This document shows, piece by piece, positions 30,846-41,682 of a DNA stretch of 64,000 nt. The notes under the pieces were generated by a model. The model made no database searches, was not told the DNA's origin, and worked only from the letters and a program-made list of their open reading frames with translations. The position numbers and the translations under genes are program-made. Source of the DNA: an uncultured Nitrososphaeraceae archaeon (lineage in GTDB: Archaea > Thermoproteota > Nitrososphaeria > Nitrososphaerales > Nitrososphaeraceae); NCBI GenBank assembly GCA_963729045.1, contig CAVSMN010000009.1, forward strand, positions 1 through 64,000, written 5' to 3'. How positions within the stretch are numbered: position 1 is the stretch's first letter; each line of letters begins with the position of its first letter.

Positions 30846-32852
30846 TTACTTTGATAAAAAATTATTGAAATCATATTTTAACTCGCCTTTTTCAATAGGC
30901 AATAGTTTGAATTGACCTACAGGTAAGATTCTTACTATTTCATCTATTGATAAATGCTTTAGATGGTTTATCAAACGTTCAGGAAATTCATTTTTTATAG
31001 AGTAATCTACAAAATCAGATTTTATTTTTTTTGAAGCCTTTACAACATCGAAGCCTGATGGCATCATATTTCTTAAATATATGGATCTTTTCAAGATTGC
31101 AGAGAAAGGTCCAACAATAAATAATGGTCTGTCTTCAATAAAAGACAAACCAATTGCAAGCTTTATTTCCAAATTTTTTACAAAATTTCTCTTGCCTTCA
31201 ATTATAAATGCCCCTTTTGGAAGAAACTGACCCGTAGGTGCGCCTTTTTTTACCTGAGTAGGATAGACCCAATATGCATCAGCAGAAGAAAGATTATCTT
31301 TCCAAGACCTACTAAAAGATACAGTTGCCTGAGCAGTTTCAATGATACTTTGTGACAAATCCGCGCTGGTTTTGTTATTAGCGTTTTTTAATATAAAGAA
31401 AGGAGAACCATTGACCTCTGCATGAAAAACATAGTCGTTTTCTGTAAGATGTCTTCTTATTAGTACTGAATTTGACGATGAATCCCTGCCACCTATAGCC
31501 AACACATCGTCAGTTGAAAGAAACCATCGATATTTTTCATACCATTCCTTATTGGTCAAAATCTTAATTTCTGATGATGGTTTTTTGTTTTTCTGTTTTT
31601 GAATTTTGTCCATTTGTTCAATCAATTTTGAATGAGAATTTTCTATGGTAATCAATCCTCTTTCCATGTCCTTGGCGACATTAAATAGCAAGGAAGAAAT
31701 TTTTGGAATGTTAGAATTCCCTATATCTATAGGTATTTTTTCATCTACAATCTCTAGATAATCTTTACCTTTTATGCTCAAAATTTTAGCATCAGAAGCA
31801 TGAAGTAATTTTGTAATCGAGTGTTTTTCTGGATTCAACACACCGTCAGTCTCTTGCATAAGCAGATTGGCAAATTCTCTGAGCTTGTTTGATTTTGCAA
31901 TAACAAGGTCTTTAGCTTTTTTCTGTTCATCCAAATCATGCTCTAATGACTCGATCTGCTTTTCTAATTCGGAGTTTCTCGATGAACTAGTATGTAAAAC
32001 GGAATAGTTTAGGAATTCATCAATTGCATCAGTGTACAAACTATATTTTCTAATATGATCCAGAGGAACATCGGATGGTGTTATTGGGCTTACATCTGCA
32101 GGATTATTCTCATCATCTAAAATAATGCATGGTTCATGTCCAATACCGGTTGAAATATTTCTTATTAAAGAAGTCAATTCTTCGAATAGGTTCTTTAGTT
32201 CAACTGAAGTCAGATCTCTAACTTTCTTATTTGGGACTTTACTATTTTGAACTGCCAATTCGATAAATTTCTTTGAAATTGATAATGTTCGTCCTAACCA
32301 TCTTTTTATATCAATATTGTCCTGATCGCTATTCTTGATTAAAGACAAAAAATCGTCATAACCTAAAGATAGTGGATCAGCTCCTCTAGAGGGAGGGGGA
32401 AAATACTTCAGCCCAGGTTTCAACACCCTATGTCGAACGTTAATGGGATTTAGAATATTCAAAATCTTGTGAGAGTCATTGCAAATTATTATGTTGCCAT
32501 GACCAAACAATTCGACAATTAAGTAATATTTCATTCCTTGAATAGATTGAAAAACAAATTGAACTATTCGTTCTCCAGGTACAACAGAGATATCGATCAG
32601 TTTTGAGCGTTCAAGATCAGTCTTAATTTTTTTTAAAGAGTCATTATCTTCAATAATAGAATATTTATATTTGGTAATACAGATTCCAAAGGAGGAAACT
32701 AGAAGTGAAACATCATTTTTTTGTGAATGGTGAAATTTTAGGATCAGAGCGTTTTTTGTTATAAGAGAAATATTGCTTACATAATAAACATTATCAATAA
32801 CTGTTTTGATGTTATTTACAATATATCTAAGTTCAATCTCTGAAATAGCCAT
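30846..32852 (-). CDS. rqcH: Rqc2/NEMF (NFACT) ribosome quality-control protein
   Basis: ER, ELFGHGNII, WYEKYRWF, IGGRD, HAEVNGSP, GAFIIEGKRN. Confidence 0.92.
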   Translation of the reverse strand: MAISEIELRYIVNNIKTVIDNVYYVSNISLITKNALILKFHHSQKNDVSLLVSSFGICITKYKYSIIEDNDSLKKIKTDLERSKLIDISVVPGERIVQFVFQSIQGMKYYLIVELFGHGNIIICNDSHKILNILNPINVRHRVLKPGLKYFPPPSRGADPLSLGYDDFLSLIKNSDQDNIDIKRWLGRTLSISKKFIELAVQNSKVPNKKVRDLTSVELKNLFEELTSLIRNISTGIGHEPCIILDDENNPADVSPITPSDVPLDHIRKYSLYTDAIDEFLNYSVLHTSSSRNSELEKQIESLEHDLDEQKKAKDLVIAKSNKLREFANLLMQETDGVLNPEKHSITKLLHASDAKILSIKGKDYLEIVDEKIPIDIGNSNIPKISSLLFNVAKDMERGLITIENSHSKLIEQMDKIQKQKNKKPSSEIKILTNKEWYEKYRWFLSTDDVLAIGGRDSSSNSVLIRRHLTENDYVFHAEVNGSPFFILKNANNKTSADLSQSIIETAQATVSFSRSWKDNLSSADAYWVYPTQVKKGAPTGQFLPKGAFIIEGKRNFVKNLEIKLAIGLSFIEDRPLFIVGPFSAILKRSIYLRNMMPSGFDVVKASKKIKSDFVDYSIKNEFPERLINHLKHLSIDEIVRILPVGQFKLLPIEKGELKYDFNNFLSK

Positions 32853-33094
32853 CTAAATTTATCATGATCTTGTTGAATATAATAAGATACAATATGCCAC
32901 TATTCAGAATTAGATTAGCAGAACCAAATGAAGTTGAATTCAAGAATAGATTATTAGAATTGATTGTATTGTGAGACTGTGTTCAAACCCATGGATAGTC
33001 CAATTGGGGTCATTGTGCTTGCAGACTTTGTCTTTTTCTGATCCAAGAAAGTAGGAATTAAATGTGGCTGATTAAAAACTAATAGCGCATATCC

Positions 33095-33388
33095 TTGCAA
33101 ATAGAAGATAAAATATATTATTTAAGAGTCGTTATGGCTGCAATCGCAGGATCCATTTTGGGTGCCGTCGTAAAACCTAATTCTGATCAATCCAATACTA
33201 TAGGATTAACAATATTAGTAGGCATTATTTTTTATTCCGTATCTCATATAATTGCAAGTAGGATGGTTGGGGACATTCCTAAAGAAAAAAAGAAAAAAAT
33301 AATTACAATAGCAATTTTTGGTTTTATTTTCATGTTACTTACATTTATGGTATTAACATATACGGTGTTAAACCAACATATCATATGA
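33095..33388 (+). CDS. Small 3-TM membrane protein (EMC6-like)
   Basis: YYLR followed by three hydrophobic segments. Confidence 0.65.
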   Translation: MQIEDKIYYLRVVMAAIAGSILGAVVKPNSDQSNTIGLTILVGIIFYSVSHIIASRMVGDIPKEKKKKIITIAIFGFIFMLLTFMVLTYTVLNQHII

Positions 33389-33392
33389 AACG

Positions 33393-33986
33393 ATGGAAAT
33401 GATTTGGAATTATAAAACTCCTGGCATTCCTGATGAATTTTTTGACAGGATAGACAACGTACCAATTACAAAAGAAGACATACGATCGATAATAATTAGT
33501 AAACTACGACTAAAAGAAGGGTTTACAACATTAGATATTGGATGTGGTAGTGGTAGTATAACTGCGGAATTGATTCTTCAAACAAAAGGTAAAGTTTATG
33601 CCATTGATATGGACAAGGCTGCGATTGACCTAACGGAGAAAAATTTATCGAAATTTGGGATCTTAAATGATGCCATGATTATTCATGGATTAGCTCAGGA
33701 TGTATTACCCAAGTTGCCTAATGTTGACGCAATTGTAATAGGTGGAACTACTGGGGAAACCAAACAGATAATAAAATTAGCTATTTCCAAGTTAAATCAA
33801 GGGGGGAGATTAGTGGTCACATCCATCTTGATAGAAACTATATATAATGCACTTAGGACCATGCAAGATTCAGAATTGCAAGAGATAGATATAACTCAGG
33901 TGACTATTGCAAAGGCAAAAAAAACCAGCTCAGGGACTATGATGATTTCAAGAAATCCGGTAATAATCTTCTCCGGTACAAAGTAA
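33393..33986 (+). CDS. cbiT: Cobalt-precorrin-6B C15-methyltransferase (decarboxylating)
   Basis: PITKEDIR, DIGCGSGS, RNPV. Confidence 0.95.
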   Translation: MEMIWNYKTPGIPDEFFDRIDNVPITKEDIRSIIISKLRLKEGFTTLDIGCGSGSITAELILQTKGKVYAIDMDKAAIDLTEKNLSKFGILNDAMIIHGLAQDVLPKLPNVDAIVIGGTTGETKQIIKLAISKLNQGGRLVVTSILIETIYNALRTMQDSELQEIDITQVTIAKAKKTSSGTMMISRNPVIIFSGTK

Positions 33987-34025
33987 AATACAAAAACTTT
34001 AATTAATATTTTCTAAAAATCCTTT

Positions 34026-34757
34026 ATGGGTAATTTTACACTACATTGTGTTGGCTGTGGTCCTGGTGATCCCGATTTGCTAACTTTGAAAGCAATCAAT
34101 ATTATTAAAAATGCTGATGTGATTTATACCCCAACTGCTAGAGAGAATAAACCCAGTGTTGCATTGTCAATAGTCGAAAAATTTCTCGCCAAAGAAACTG
34201 AAATTCGTCAATTAGTTTTTCCCATGGTAAAAGATTATGAGAAATTAAGAGAACATTGGAAGAGTAATGCCAAAGAAATAGCAGATGCGGTCAGAATTGG
34301 AAAAAAAGCCGTTTATTTAACTGTAGGTGATCCATCTCTTTACAGTACTTGGATATATATTCACAAAGAAATGTGCAAGACCCATAAGGACATTGAGATA
34401 GAGATAGTACCAGGAATAACATCCATTTTCTCGTTTTCTGCCGAAATTAAAACTCCGATAGGAGAAGGAGAGGAAATAATAGGAATAATTCCCGCATGTT
34501 ATAATCTAGACAGGTTAAAAATAGCAGCAGAATGTTGTGATACACTGGTGTTCTTAAAGGACGGTCGATATTTTAATAATGTAATAGACATACTAATGGA
34601 ATCAAGTTTTCCAGAGGATTCAGATATTTTTATTGCTGAAGATGTCTCAACCGATAATGAAACATTACAAAAAAGGAAGCTTGTTGACGTGGCAAAAAAC
34701 AAAAATGAAAACAATGATAAGTACTTTTCAATAATGATAGCCAAAAAGAAAAAATGA
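34026..34757 (+). CDS. cbiL: Cobalt-precorrin-2 C20-methyltransferase
   Basis: GCGPGDPDLLTLKA, FPM, GDPSLYST, VPGITS. Confidence 0.93.
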   Translation: MGNFTLHCVGCGPGDPDLLTLKAINIIKNADVIYTPTARENKPSVALSIVEKFLAKETEIRQLVFPMVKDYEKLREHWKSNAKEIADAVRIGKKAVYLTVGDPSLYSTWIYIHKEMCKTHKDIEIEIVPGITSIFSFSAEIKTPIGEGEEIIGIIPACYNLDRLKIAAECCDTLVFLKDGRYFNNVIDILMESSFPEDSDIFIAEDVSTDNETLQKRKLVDVAKNKNENNDKYFSIMIAKKKK

Positions 34758-35545
34758 TCCAAAAGAATACAGTTTATTTTGTAGGTTCAGGACCAGGAGA
34801 CCCTGAATTAATTACAATAAAAGCAAAGAATCTTTTAGAAAACGCCGATGTAATAATATATTCGGGATCGTTATTAAATCCCGAATTATTGAGGTATGCT
34901 AAAAGAGATGCTCAATTACACGATGCAGCGAAATTAGACAGATTAGAAATATATGAAATTCTAAAGGATTCTACAAGAAAGGGCAAGTTGGCGATTAGGT
35001 TTCATGATGGAGACCCAGCTATTTTTAGTACTATAAGGGAACAAATAGACAGATTAGAGAAAGATGAAATCGAATGTAGTGTTATTCCTGGAATTACATC
35101 ACTTCTTGGTGCAGCCGCATCGATGAATCTAGAATTAACTTTGCCTGGTATTACTCAAACAATAATCATAACTCGCGCAGAATTCAGAACACCTGTTCCA
35201 GACAGAGAGCGAATTTCAGAATTGTCAAAACATGGATCGACCATGGCATTTTATTTAAGCGTGCATTTACTTGAAAGGGTTATTGAAGAATTATTGGAGG
35301 GTGGAGTTTATACTAATGATACACCAGTTGCAATAATATATAAAGCAACATGGAAAGATCAAAAAATACTAAAGGGCACTCTTGGTACCATTACAAAGAA
35401 AGTCAAAGAAGAAAGGATTGTTAAAACTGCATTAATAGTGGTTGGAGATGTGATAGCACCAAAAAAATATGAATTTTCAAAAGTTTATGATTCACAGTTT
35501 ACCCATGGATATAGAAAAAGTAAAGAGAGTAATTCTAGCTCTTAA
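34754..35545 (+). CDS. cbiF: Cobalt-precorrin-4 C11-methyltransferase
   Basis: GSGPGDPELIT, RFHDGDP, ELTLPGITQT, YDSQFTHGYR. Confidence 0.95.
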   Translation: MIQKNTVYFVGSGPGDPELITIKAKNLLENADVIIYSGSLLNPELLRYAKRDAQLHDAAKLDRLEIYEILKDSTRKGKLAIRFHDGDPAIFSTIREQIDRLEKDEIECSVIPGITSLLGAAASMNLELTLPGITQTIIITRAEFRTPVPDRERISELSKHGSTMAFYLSVHLLERVIEELLEGGVYTNDTPVAIIYKATWKDQKILKGTLGTITKKVKEERIVKTALIVVGDVIAPKKYEFSKVYDSQFTHGYRKSKESNSSS

Positions 35546-35838
35546 TTGAGAGGGACACGCTGTAATTCTTTTTGATTTACAGTCGCCCAAGCCCCCATAC
35601 CTCGTCCCTCAGGTCCATTGAAATCTATAATTTGACTCAATATGATTTCTGTAGGAGCCATTGGAGGCCATAACATTGCCATATAATCGCCCTCATTACC
35701 TGGTTTATTCATATCAGCCAAAACTAATTTTTCTGTTTTCAAACCAATATCACCAAGTCTTGATTTAACAGTTTCAAATAATTGCTTTTGACCATGAACT
35801 ATCACATAAACATTTTTTTCGGTATCAAGATTAGACAT
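35542..35838 (-). CDS. Hypothetical protein
   Basis: 98-aa ORF with globular-protein composition. Confidence 0.7.
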   Translation of the reverse strand: MSNLDTEKNVYVIVHGQKQLFETVKSRLGDIGLKTEKLVLADMNKPGNEGDYMAMLWPPMAPTEIILSQIIDFNGPEGRGMGAWATVNQKELQRVPLN

Positions 35839-36255
35839 ACTAAACCTAATACGGAGTATTTATAAAATGATTACTAATCATCACCATATCATAAAAGTCC
35901 ATGGCGGTACAATTTCATTTTCAATATCATTATCATCATCATTTTTACCAGTCAAATCAACAACATATGTAATTGAAAAATTAATCGTTTTGAAGAATTT
36001 GTTATAAATTTCATGAGAATAAATAGGATCCAATAGTACAATTACTCAGGATTTTGCTATCATTGATTATTCATTTCTCAAAACATCAATGATAAAAAAA
36101 TAGTAGAAAATCACTATAATTTGTAAATTTTGTATGAATTTACATCACCTAGTTCGAAAAACACACTTGTAGAAAAGAATGTTTAAATATATTCAAAATT
36201 TGCAATTACTAATTAAAAAACATTTAATACCATCCTTGATTAACTTAGATGCAAC

Positions 36256-36519
36256 ATGACATTACCAAAGGGATTTGGTTCACAAACTAATACTCAAAAG
36301 AACAGAACATTTGATGAATGGTGGGCAACCGTACCCGGAGATTTGAAAACAAAAGCTCGCAAGGGCGATGAAGCCAACAAGGTTTTATTGAATCAGGTAA
36401 ATTATGTATTACTCCATCTTCATCTTCAGGGTAAACATGATACAAAACCATCACATGAAGAATTAAAAGACTGGCTTCATAGTGGTCAAGTAGACGTAAT
36501 GCGTCAAATCAAAAAATAA
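36256..36519 (+). CDS. Conserved thaumarchaeal small hypothetical protein
   Basis: MTLPKGFG..LNQVNYVLLHL..DWLHSGQVDV; TATA upstream and T-run downstream. Confidence 0.8.
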   Translation: MTLPKGFGSQTNTQKNRTFDEWWATVPGDLKTKARKGDEANKVLLNQVNYVLLHLHLQGKHDTKPSHEELKDWLHSGQVDVMRQIKK

Positions 36520-36624
36520 TATTTTTTTTAAAGTAATATTTTTTTATTATATATTTAATATAACATAAAAACAACAAAAATAAAATATATATAAATATAC
36601 TATTAGATAAAAAGTATTCGAGTT

Positions 36625-37317
36625 TTGAAGAGAGGTAGTCATATAGCAATTTTCGATACTTTTAAAACTCATCAAGCAAAATCAACTAGAGAATCCAAGA
36701 GACAAAGAGGAATAATAGCACATATAGCGTTAGAAAAAGACCCGAGTGGAAAAACTAGGACTTCAATAGCTCATATTTTAGCCAAGAAATATGGGGTAGC
36801 CTGGCAAAATATTTACTCGGCTATTTTTAAAGATCTTGACGAGGTATTGATACCCGCAAACGTAGTAAAAGAGGGTGGCAGATTGCCAATAAAAAGGGGT
36901 CCAAAAGCCCTTCAAATTGAGGGAATACCGTACTATGAGCTCACTAATACAGGCCTTATAATTGCATCAACCATTGAGGAAACAGGTGACATTAGGTTGC
37001 GAATGAAGCTGCTTGAGCTTTACCTTTTGAATTCAAATGCGAATAATACAAGCATTAATGAAAATAATAGTATAATAAATGACGGAATTTTATTACTATC
37101 ACGATATGCCCCGACCTTTATTTTGAAAATAATAAACGAGTACATTGTGGCATATAATCGTGGAGAAATAGAAAGACTAGATAGGCTTGACATTGAAAAT
37201 CTTAAGAAGGTTATATCTAATCAAATAACAATTGAAAAAGAATTGGTAGAGGCCTGTATGGTGTTATCTAATGATAAGAAGGAAGTATTAAAGAACTTTA
37301 TAGAAAAGATTAGTTAA
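36625..37317 (+). CDS. Conserved hypothetical protein, probable winged-helix N-terminus
   Basis: TRTSIAH..WQNIYSAIFKDLDEVL..PYYELT. Confidence 0.75.
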   Translation: MKRGSHIAIFDTFKTHQAKSTRESKRQRGIIAHIALEKDPSGKTRTSIAHILAKKYGVAWQNIYSAIFKDLDEVLIPANVVKEGGRLPIKRGPKALQIEGIPYYELTNTGLIIASTIEETGDIRLRMKLLELYLLNSNANNTSINENNSIINDGILLLSRYAPTFILKIINEYIVAYNRGEIERLDRLDIENLKKVISNQITIEKELVEACMVLSNDKKEVLKNFIEKIS

Positions 37318-37334
37318 TGAATGGCATCGAGATG

Positions 37335-38264
37335 CTATCTCAGGTAATGAACCGGTATTATTTTTAGATCAAATGCCAATTCGGTATGAAAGAATACTGA
37401 TTTGGCTTCATCTAATAAGATATTTAGATCTTTATATCTACTGCTAAAGTGGGTCAGACATAATCTATGTACGGAAGCCATTTTAGCTAGAGTTGCAGTT
37501 TCGATGGCAGTAGAATGATAGGATTCGATTGCCTTTGTAAGTTCATTGGATGAGAATGTTGATTCGAAGATCAGTAAATCACAATTTCTAAAAAAATCGC
37601 ACAGACTGTCAGATGGACGCGTGTCTCCAGAAATACCAATTTTCCTACCAGGTCTTGTAGGACCAACAATATCATGAGAATAAAATAATTTATCATCATA
37701 AATGACATCAACACCTTTTTGAAGTGAGCCATACAATTCTCCTTCAGGAATACCTAATTCTTTTGCTCGTCTCGCGTCAAATTTTCCGGGCCTATCATTT
37801 TCAAGCAAACAATATGCATATGAACAAATATTAGGACCATGTTCGGATTTACAGTATAATATCTTATAGTCCTTCTCCACTACAACAGTTCCTTGAGAAT
37901 TAGGAATTACATGAATGTCTAGTTGAAAAGTTAATTTGATGTGGAGCAATTTCATGTTCTCAACTAAGAAATCATATATTAGTTCTGGACCGAAAATATC
38001 AACCGCGGCCTTCCTACCTTGTAGTGATAGTGTTTGTAGAAAACCCAATATGCCCAAAATATGATCAGAGTGCATATGAGTAATGAATATCATAGTTTTC
38101 TTATTAAACCCCAATCCAGTACGAATAAAATTATATTGCATCCCCTCCCCGGCATCAAAAATCAACAAAGTCCCATTTCTATTTACTACAAGAGAAGAAA
38201 GTGACCGGTCTACTGCAGGCATCGCTGCAGACGTTCCAAGAAAAATAACTTCGAGATTTACCAT
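37335..38264 (-). CDS. rnz: Ribonuclease Z
   Basis: FLGTSAAMP, DAGEG, THMHSDH, SGDTRP, THFSSRY. Confidence 0.96.
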   Translation of the reverse strand: MVNLEVIFLGTSAAMPAVDRSLSSLVVNRNGTLLIFDAGEGMQYNFIRTGLGFNKKTMIFITHMHSDHILGILGFLQTLSLQGRKAAVDIFGPELIYDFLVENMKLLHIKLTFQLDIHVIPNSQGTVVVEKDYKILYCKSEHGPNICSYAYCLLENDRPGKFDARRAKELGIPEGELYGSLQKGVDVIYDDKLFYSHDIVGPTRPGRKIGISGDTRPSDSLCDFFRNCDLLIFESTFSSNELTKAIESYHSTAIETATLAKMASVHRLCLTHFSSRYKDLNILLDEAKSVFFHTELAFDLKIIPVHYLR

Positions 38265-38271
38265 CTAATGC

Positions 38272-39174
38272 TCAATCACGTGATAAAATAGAGGACAAGG
38301 TTTTTGCAATCTCGCTACTCAAATCAATCTTTGAACAGGATCTTGGGATACTATTGGTAGAAACAATCTCATTTATTCCAGAACTCTTTAACAAATTTAT
38401 GGATTTCTCATCCGACAGGGCATGAACGCACATCACAAAGACTTTGCCGCAACTATTATTTTTTAATATATCCACAGCCCTGAGTATAGTTCCTCCACTA
38501 GATACCATATCATCAAGAATCACAATATCTCGATTCGTAACTGAAATATTTAGTTTTTCATCCATGGTAATATTTCCAGTGAATCTATCTCTATTTTTTC
38601 TTAACCCAAGGAAAGAAGCATTCATAATTCCAGCAAACTCTTTTGCTCTAGGAACTCCTCCAAGGTCTGGTGATACAATAATAGGTTCTGTTAAATTAAA
38701 ATTGTTAATGGCATATTTTGCCAGTAATGGCATAGAAGAAATATTAAAAATGTCATAATTGAAATAAGATAATGCCTTAGTACTGTGTATATCAACAGTT
38801 ATCAGATTACGAGTTCCAAAATATCCAAACAGTTTTGCTATCATAGACATGGTCACAAATTCTCCTTCCAGAAATACCCTATCCTGTCTAGCATAACCCA
38901 TGTAAGGGATAACCGGAATAACTTCAGAAGCGCCAGAGTCGTTACAATATGACAACATCATCAATGTCTGTAAAAAATGCGAATCTACAGGGGGATAAGT
39001 AGATTGTACAACAATGCATTTTTTATCAAGTAAATTCGCATTAATTGTTATTTTACTTTCTCCATCAGAAAAAGTGCGTAATTCGACTTCAACAGGATCA
39101 ACATTTAAACACGAAGCAATAGAATTCCCCAATTCTATCGAAGAAGGTCCCGGCAATACGACTACATCTTTCAT
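38272..39174 (-). CDS. prs: Ribose-phosphate pyrophosphokinase
   Basis: FSDGE, PYMGYARQD, SPDLGG, DDMVSSGGT. Confidence 0.96.
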   Translation of the reverse strand: MKDVVVLPGPSSIELGNSIASCLNVDPVEVELRTFSDGESKITINANLLDKKCIVVQSTYPPVDSHFLQTLMMLSYCNDSGASEVIPVIPYMGYARQDRVFLEGEFVTMSMIAKLFGYFGTRNLITVDIHSTKALSYFNYDIFNISSMPLLAKYAINNFNLTEPIIVSPDLGGVPRAKEFAGIMNASFLGLRKNRDRFTGNITMDEKLNISVTNRDIVILDDMVSSGGTILRAVDILKNNSCGKVFVMCVHALSDEKSINLLKSSGINEIVSTNSIPRSCSKIDLSSEIAKTLSSILSRD

Positions 39175-39481
39175 GACATGATTGAAATGATATGAGAATC
39201 TTAAAAATGTTGAACTATTAATAATATCTTATATTAAGTATGTTCGAATTTCTACAATAGATCAATTGGATTGATATAACTGATATGTATATCCGATTTG
39301 ATATCAATGTTCACAAGAATACACATTGGAAAAACATGATAAAAAATCAGGCAAGATCGCGAGAACATCCATACTTAGGAATGTGATTGAAAATTATTTA
39401 CCACTTTATGTTATAAATATGTAGAGATCAATTTGATACAATTATGTATCAGTATAAAATCATATTGTGCAATATATATAT

Positions 39482-41596
39482 CTATTGCTTAATAATCAGC
39501 AAGACCTCAGAATCAATTTTATCTAACTGTTCTCTAATAGCTTGAACTACTTGTTCGTTCGCGTTTAGGCTAGAAAAATCCAATAGTTGAAACCCATCAA
39601 CCAATTGAACATTTGGAGATAGATCAGAATTTGAGGAAAATTTAGAAATAATTGATGGGAGATCTGCAGACATTTTGGTTGAAAAGCCATGCATCAGTTT
39701 GCCATTATCCAAAGAGAGGCGCACTCTCCCAAATTTATCTAATATCAATATAGATTGCATTCTTGTTTTAAAGAATAATTTTTTTTTCTGATAAGTATTC
39801 ATAAAAATATAATAATTTCCTAGTTTATGTTCCAAAGTAATGTCCCCATCATTATGAAACAAGGTTTTTGCAATCTCTACTACTTCCTCTTGTTTTAACT
39901 CTCTAGAACCGACATTATTTAAGTCTAGAGTAACATTACCGATAACAGTGACTCTCAAAATTGAACGATCGCTTATATATTCCGATTGAACAGATAGTGA
40001 ATCAGGAGATGCATTTTTTCTAATAGCTACATCTTTAATCTCCGTTATTAATTGAGTAACATCTTCTGGAGTAGGATTATTAATGGTTTTCTCTTTCTCT
40101 TCATAAATCATTCCTGTGGCTACACCTATGGATGAAATGACATCGGCGTAATCTGCTTTTTTGTATTCAAAACTGAGTTTCTTAGCAACAAGTGGTACCA
40201 AAACGGAAGCACCTCCTCCTCCCCCGATAACCACTATTCTATTCTTTGATAATTTGTACTCTTTTACCATTGGAATTATATAATCCGATATCTTTGAAAC
40301 AGAAATATCTAGAACTTGACTAGCAATTTGCTCAGGCGACATTCCCATATAGATAGCCAACTTCGTAAATGCAATCCTAGCTGAATCCGCATTTCCATAT
40401 GCATTATCATTTTTTGGGATGAGACCTAATGCATTAGCGGCACATGTGTTGGTGATCCCGTATGCTTTTCCTCCAGGAACTTTGATACTAATATAGTCAT
40501 TAGGATCATTATTCAATGGACTAATAGGTACAATTTCACCCTTTATCAATTCATCAGGATCGGCAAAACAAGAATACTCTAATCCTGCAATGTGTGAGGA
40601 TCGAGGACCAACATCAATAATCTTTCTCTTTGATGAAAGTCTCAATAAAGACCCCCCAGCAACCCCACAAATTCTTACATCAAGTGATCTTATACAAGTT
40701 GGATGTTCCATTATGTTCACATAACGCATTTCAGGCTTTCCATCCTTAATTATACTGATGTTAGTTGAAGTACCACCAACTTCTATAAATATGCCTTCTA
40801 AAACCTGTAAGAAGAGCAAAGCGCCTACAACACTTGCAGCTGGACCTGAAAGCACTGTTATTATTGGCTTGTGCAAAAAAGAATCCAATGTGGTTACACC
40901 ACCATCACCTTTCATTATCATTACTGGTACATTTATGCCTAAGTTATTGACTGCAGATTTAACATAATTTGCGGTACTTGTGGCTTTTGGAAGAATGCTA
41001 GCATTAATTGTTGCTGTCAAAGTTCTGATCTCTAATCCATAAATTCCAGTTAATTCATGCCCGGCAGTACAAGGAAGTTTAGAATGCTTCATTACAAATA
41101 ATTCGTTACTTGGATCATCAACTCCGAAAGCCTCACTTACAACTATGGATTGAGCTCCCTCTGAAACCAGATTCTCTATGGATTTTTCGATCCCAGGCTC
41201 CTCTAAATATTTAGAGGTATCCAAAAAGGTATAACAGGTTCTAAGAAATTTATTAGAATTTAGGGATATATCTTTAATATGAGTTCTTTTCACGACATTT
41301 GTTTTTTCCATTCCTACCCCCATTCCAATAATGCCAACTTTTGATACGTCTCCCTCAAGAAAGGCGTTGACAGCTTGGGTGGTACTATGAGAAATTAACT
41401 CTATTTCTTTATGGTCTATGTTGCACATCTCAATTAATGTGGATAAGGCGTTAACAATGCCTACAGAAACACCGCCTTCTAAAGAGTGTGTTGTTGAAAC
41501 AGATTTTTTTCCTAGTATTTTTTTTTCAATTACGTCAATAGCTACGGCTTTGGTAAAGGTGCCCCCTACATCTATTCCGATCCTAATTTTTTTCAT
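39482..41596 (-). CDS. Hydantoinase A / 5-oxoprolinase-family ATPase
   Basis: GIDVGGTFT, HSTT, SGPAA, EVGGTST, AGGS, VGPRS. Confidence 0.9.
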   Translation of the reverse strand: MKKIRIGIDVGGTFTKAVAIDVIEKKILGKKSVSTTHSLEGGVSVGIVNALSTLIEMCNIDHKEIELISHSTTQAVNAFLEGDVSKVGIIGMGVGMEKTNVVKRTHIKDISLNSNKFLRTCYTFLDTSKYLEEPGIEKSIENLVSEGAQSIVVSEAFGVDDPSNELFVMKHSKLPCTAGHELTGIYGLEIRTLTATINASILPKATSTANYVKSAVNNLGINVPVMIMKGDGGVTTLDSFLHKPIITVLSGPAASVVGALLFLQVLEGIFIEVGGTSTNISIIKDGKPEMRYVNIMEHPTCIRSLDVRICGVAGGSLLRLSSKRKIIDVGPRSSHIAGLEYSCFADPDELIKGEIVPISPLNNDPNDYISIKVPGGKAYGITNTCAANALGLIPKNDNAYGNADSARIAFTKLAIYMGMSPEQIASQVLDISVSKISDYIIPMVKEYKLSKNRIVVIGGGGGASVLVPLVAKKLSFEYKKADYADVISSIGVATGMIYEEKEKTINNPTPEDVTQLITEIKDVAIRKNASPDSLSVQSEYISDRSILRVTVIGNVTLDLNNVGSRELKQEEVVEIAKTLFHNDGDITLEHKLGNYYIFMNTYQKKKLFFKTRMQSILILDKFGRVRLSLDNGKLMHGFSTKMSADLPSIISKFSSNSDLSPNVQLVDGFQLLDFSSLNANEQVVQAIREQLDKIDSEVLLIIKQ

Positions 41597-41682
41597 ACCT
41601 TTTGCTCACTCGCTTTCATAAAAACCAGAAAAACGTTTGTTTCATGCATTCCAAGTAATTTAAATGCTACCATATCGAAGAG

